This document shows, piece by piece, positions 63,901 to 64,000 of a DNA stretch of 64,000 nt; the stretch's first letter is position 1, and each line of letters begins with the position of its first letter. The notes beneath the pieces were generated by a model, which saw nothing but the letters and a program-made list of their open reading frames with translations, ran no database searches and was not told the DNA's origin. The position numbers and the translations under genes were made by a program. Location of the stretch: the NCBI GenBank assembly GCA_963663965.2, contig CAXXFK010000028.1:160001-224000 (forward strand), in the 5' to 3' direction. The DNA comes from Sedimentisphaerales bacterium. GTDB taxonomy: Bacteria; Planctomycetota; Phycisphaerae; Sedimentisphaerales; SM23-30.

Positions 63901-64000
63901 GCAACAGGAACAAACCTATCTGGACGCCAACTGGAATTTCCAGACCATCTGGACCATCAATCCCAACGACTATCCCCGTCTGGCCTGGTTGTCAGCCATG
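60923..64000 (+). CDS. Secreted GLUG-motif repeat protein, 3'-incomplete
   Basis: Signal peptide; three modules starting YSGGxG(S/T)AxxP(W/Y)xI; many VGGLVG motifs; frame open to the window end. Confidence 0.88.
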   Translation, partial: MFRFILKMVIFSLTMSLSVLGYSGGNGSADQPWQIANINDFNQLIHSPGTWADHFILTDNMDLSGVVYEKAPIAPDIDDAQYDFQGDVFTGELDGNGFTISNLTITNTTGGDFLGLFGKIQYARITNLHLDSVTIKVTGYDSGNYGAEFIGGLTGWQDYGFVSNCSVSGTVGTEAGWLLYVGNVGGLVGEINGLHSGDLVMENCSSSATVNGGSNVGCLAGTAWNCYLIKCFSDGQVMGHSYVGGLVGNAAARIEQCYNTASITGYYDEYNSSQHIGGLVGHTHGDIYECYNRGAIHITKGDYVGGLAGKTNWHITRSYNAGSIIVENSDNGFIGGLAGQVNEGVTTISDSFWDTQASGQQSSAGGGTPSNTSDMQQQQTYTNANWDFNSVWKIFPHYYPVFIWEPDPVIDYSGGQGTADDPWQITSAQDWILLTNSPQHWSSHFILMNNIDFQGQSILPVGDSHYEEFFDEFGNPYVARVDYPFAGVMNGNGHILKNLSIYRDNGLTEFAGLFSSNTGDINQLGLENVVISDYYNTGALVGFNLGAISECYATGAIDYGDYLGGLVGVNDPGAIINNCYSLVAVSGWNFIGGLVGLNQPNGGISNCLAAGAVTGETYAGGLIGYNEGYYYGCFYDYETSGQNDFSGIGLPTSQLQDITPYLDAGWDFAPIEEDGTPAVWTINPDHYPILVWQTRLPARYSGGEGTAADPYKIATAQDLIDLGQTTADYDKHFQQIANIDLSQYSFTQAVIAPYLMNSSDKFDFAGVYDGGGYRILNLTINAPDQYYVGLFGRIIAGSKIKNLRLDSVNITGDWYAGGLCGGNGDWDSSGGGLISGCLVNGSIVSVSDSAGGLCGFNQGVIEKCGSTQGSVISPNTSGGLCGYNNGTIDQCFSAMTVGDGWYIGGLCGYNYGLLSQSFATGAVNGSGNYVGGFCSLNDGTISQCYSTGSVTGGGATGGFCGVNNITIEGCFWDIQTSGQDSSAGGEGLETQFMQQEQTYLDANWNFQTIWTINPNDYPRLAWLSAM

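Noticed and set aside
61004..63913. ORF-track entries inside the GLUG gene
   Set aside because: Antisense or off-frame shadows of one long plus-strand frame starting at 60923.

Overview
Bacterial DNA whose gene families (GLUG-repeat secreted protein, dockerin-like tail, rve-type integrases, 'GFGNSD' tyrosine integrase) suggest a Planctomycetota/Phycisphaerae-like host (inference). (1) 1-3180: AT-rich block with a HypD-like glycyl radical enzyme, its activase and a truncated outer-membrane beta-barrel, ending at an abrupt junction. (2) 3181-12280: mostly GC-rich glycosyltransferase/methyltransferase/PPK2 genes with many frameshifts, probably sequencing indels. (3) 12514-54778: ~42 kb island integrated at tRNA-Asn(GTT), with a 52-bp att duplication, candidate arm repeats and an integrase/excisionase/primase module. 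It carries a four-radical-SAM RiPP-like cluster with a Cys-rich precursor, a group II intron inside an IS256 terminal repeat, and the most unusual locus: a divergent contractile-injection-like operon (PAAR/sheath/tube/spike/baseplate-like genes, papain-like protein, Hsp70) facing a secreted TPR-CHAT protease, an atypical sigma factor and an anti-sigma-like/trypsin fusion. Three small proteins on both arms share an N-terminal FIVxPxGxTxI motif. (4) 54779-59408: a tandem defence islet (TOTE primase-helicase, AbiE-like pair) closed by a third tRNA-Asn fragment with a hairpin insertion. (5) IS630 and a GLUG-repeat protein running off the end. All family calls come from reading motifs by eye; no searches were run.
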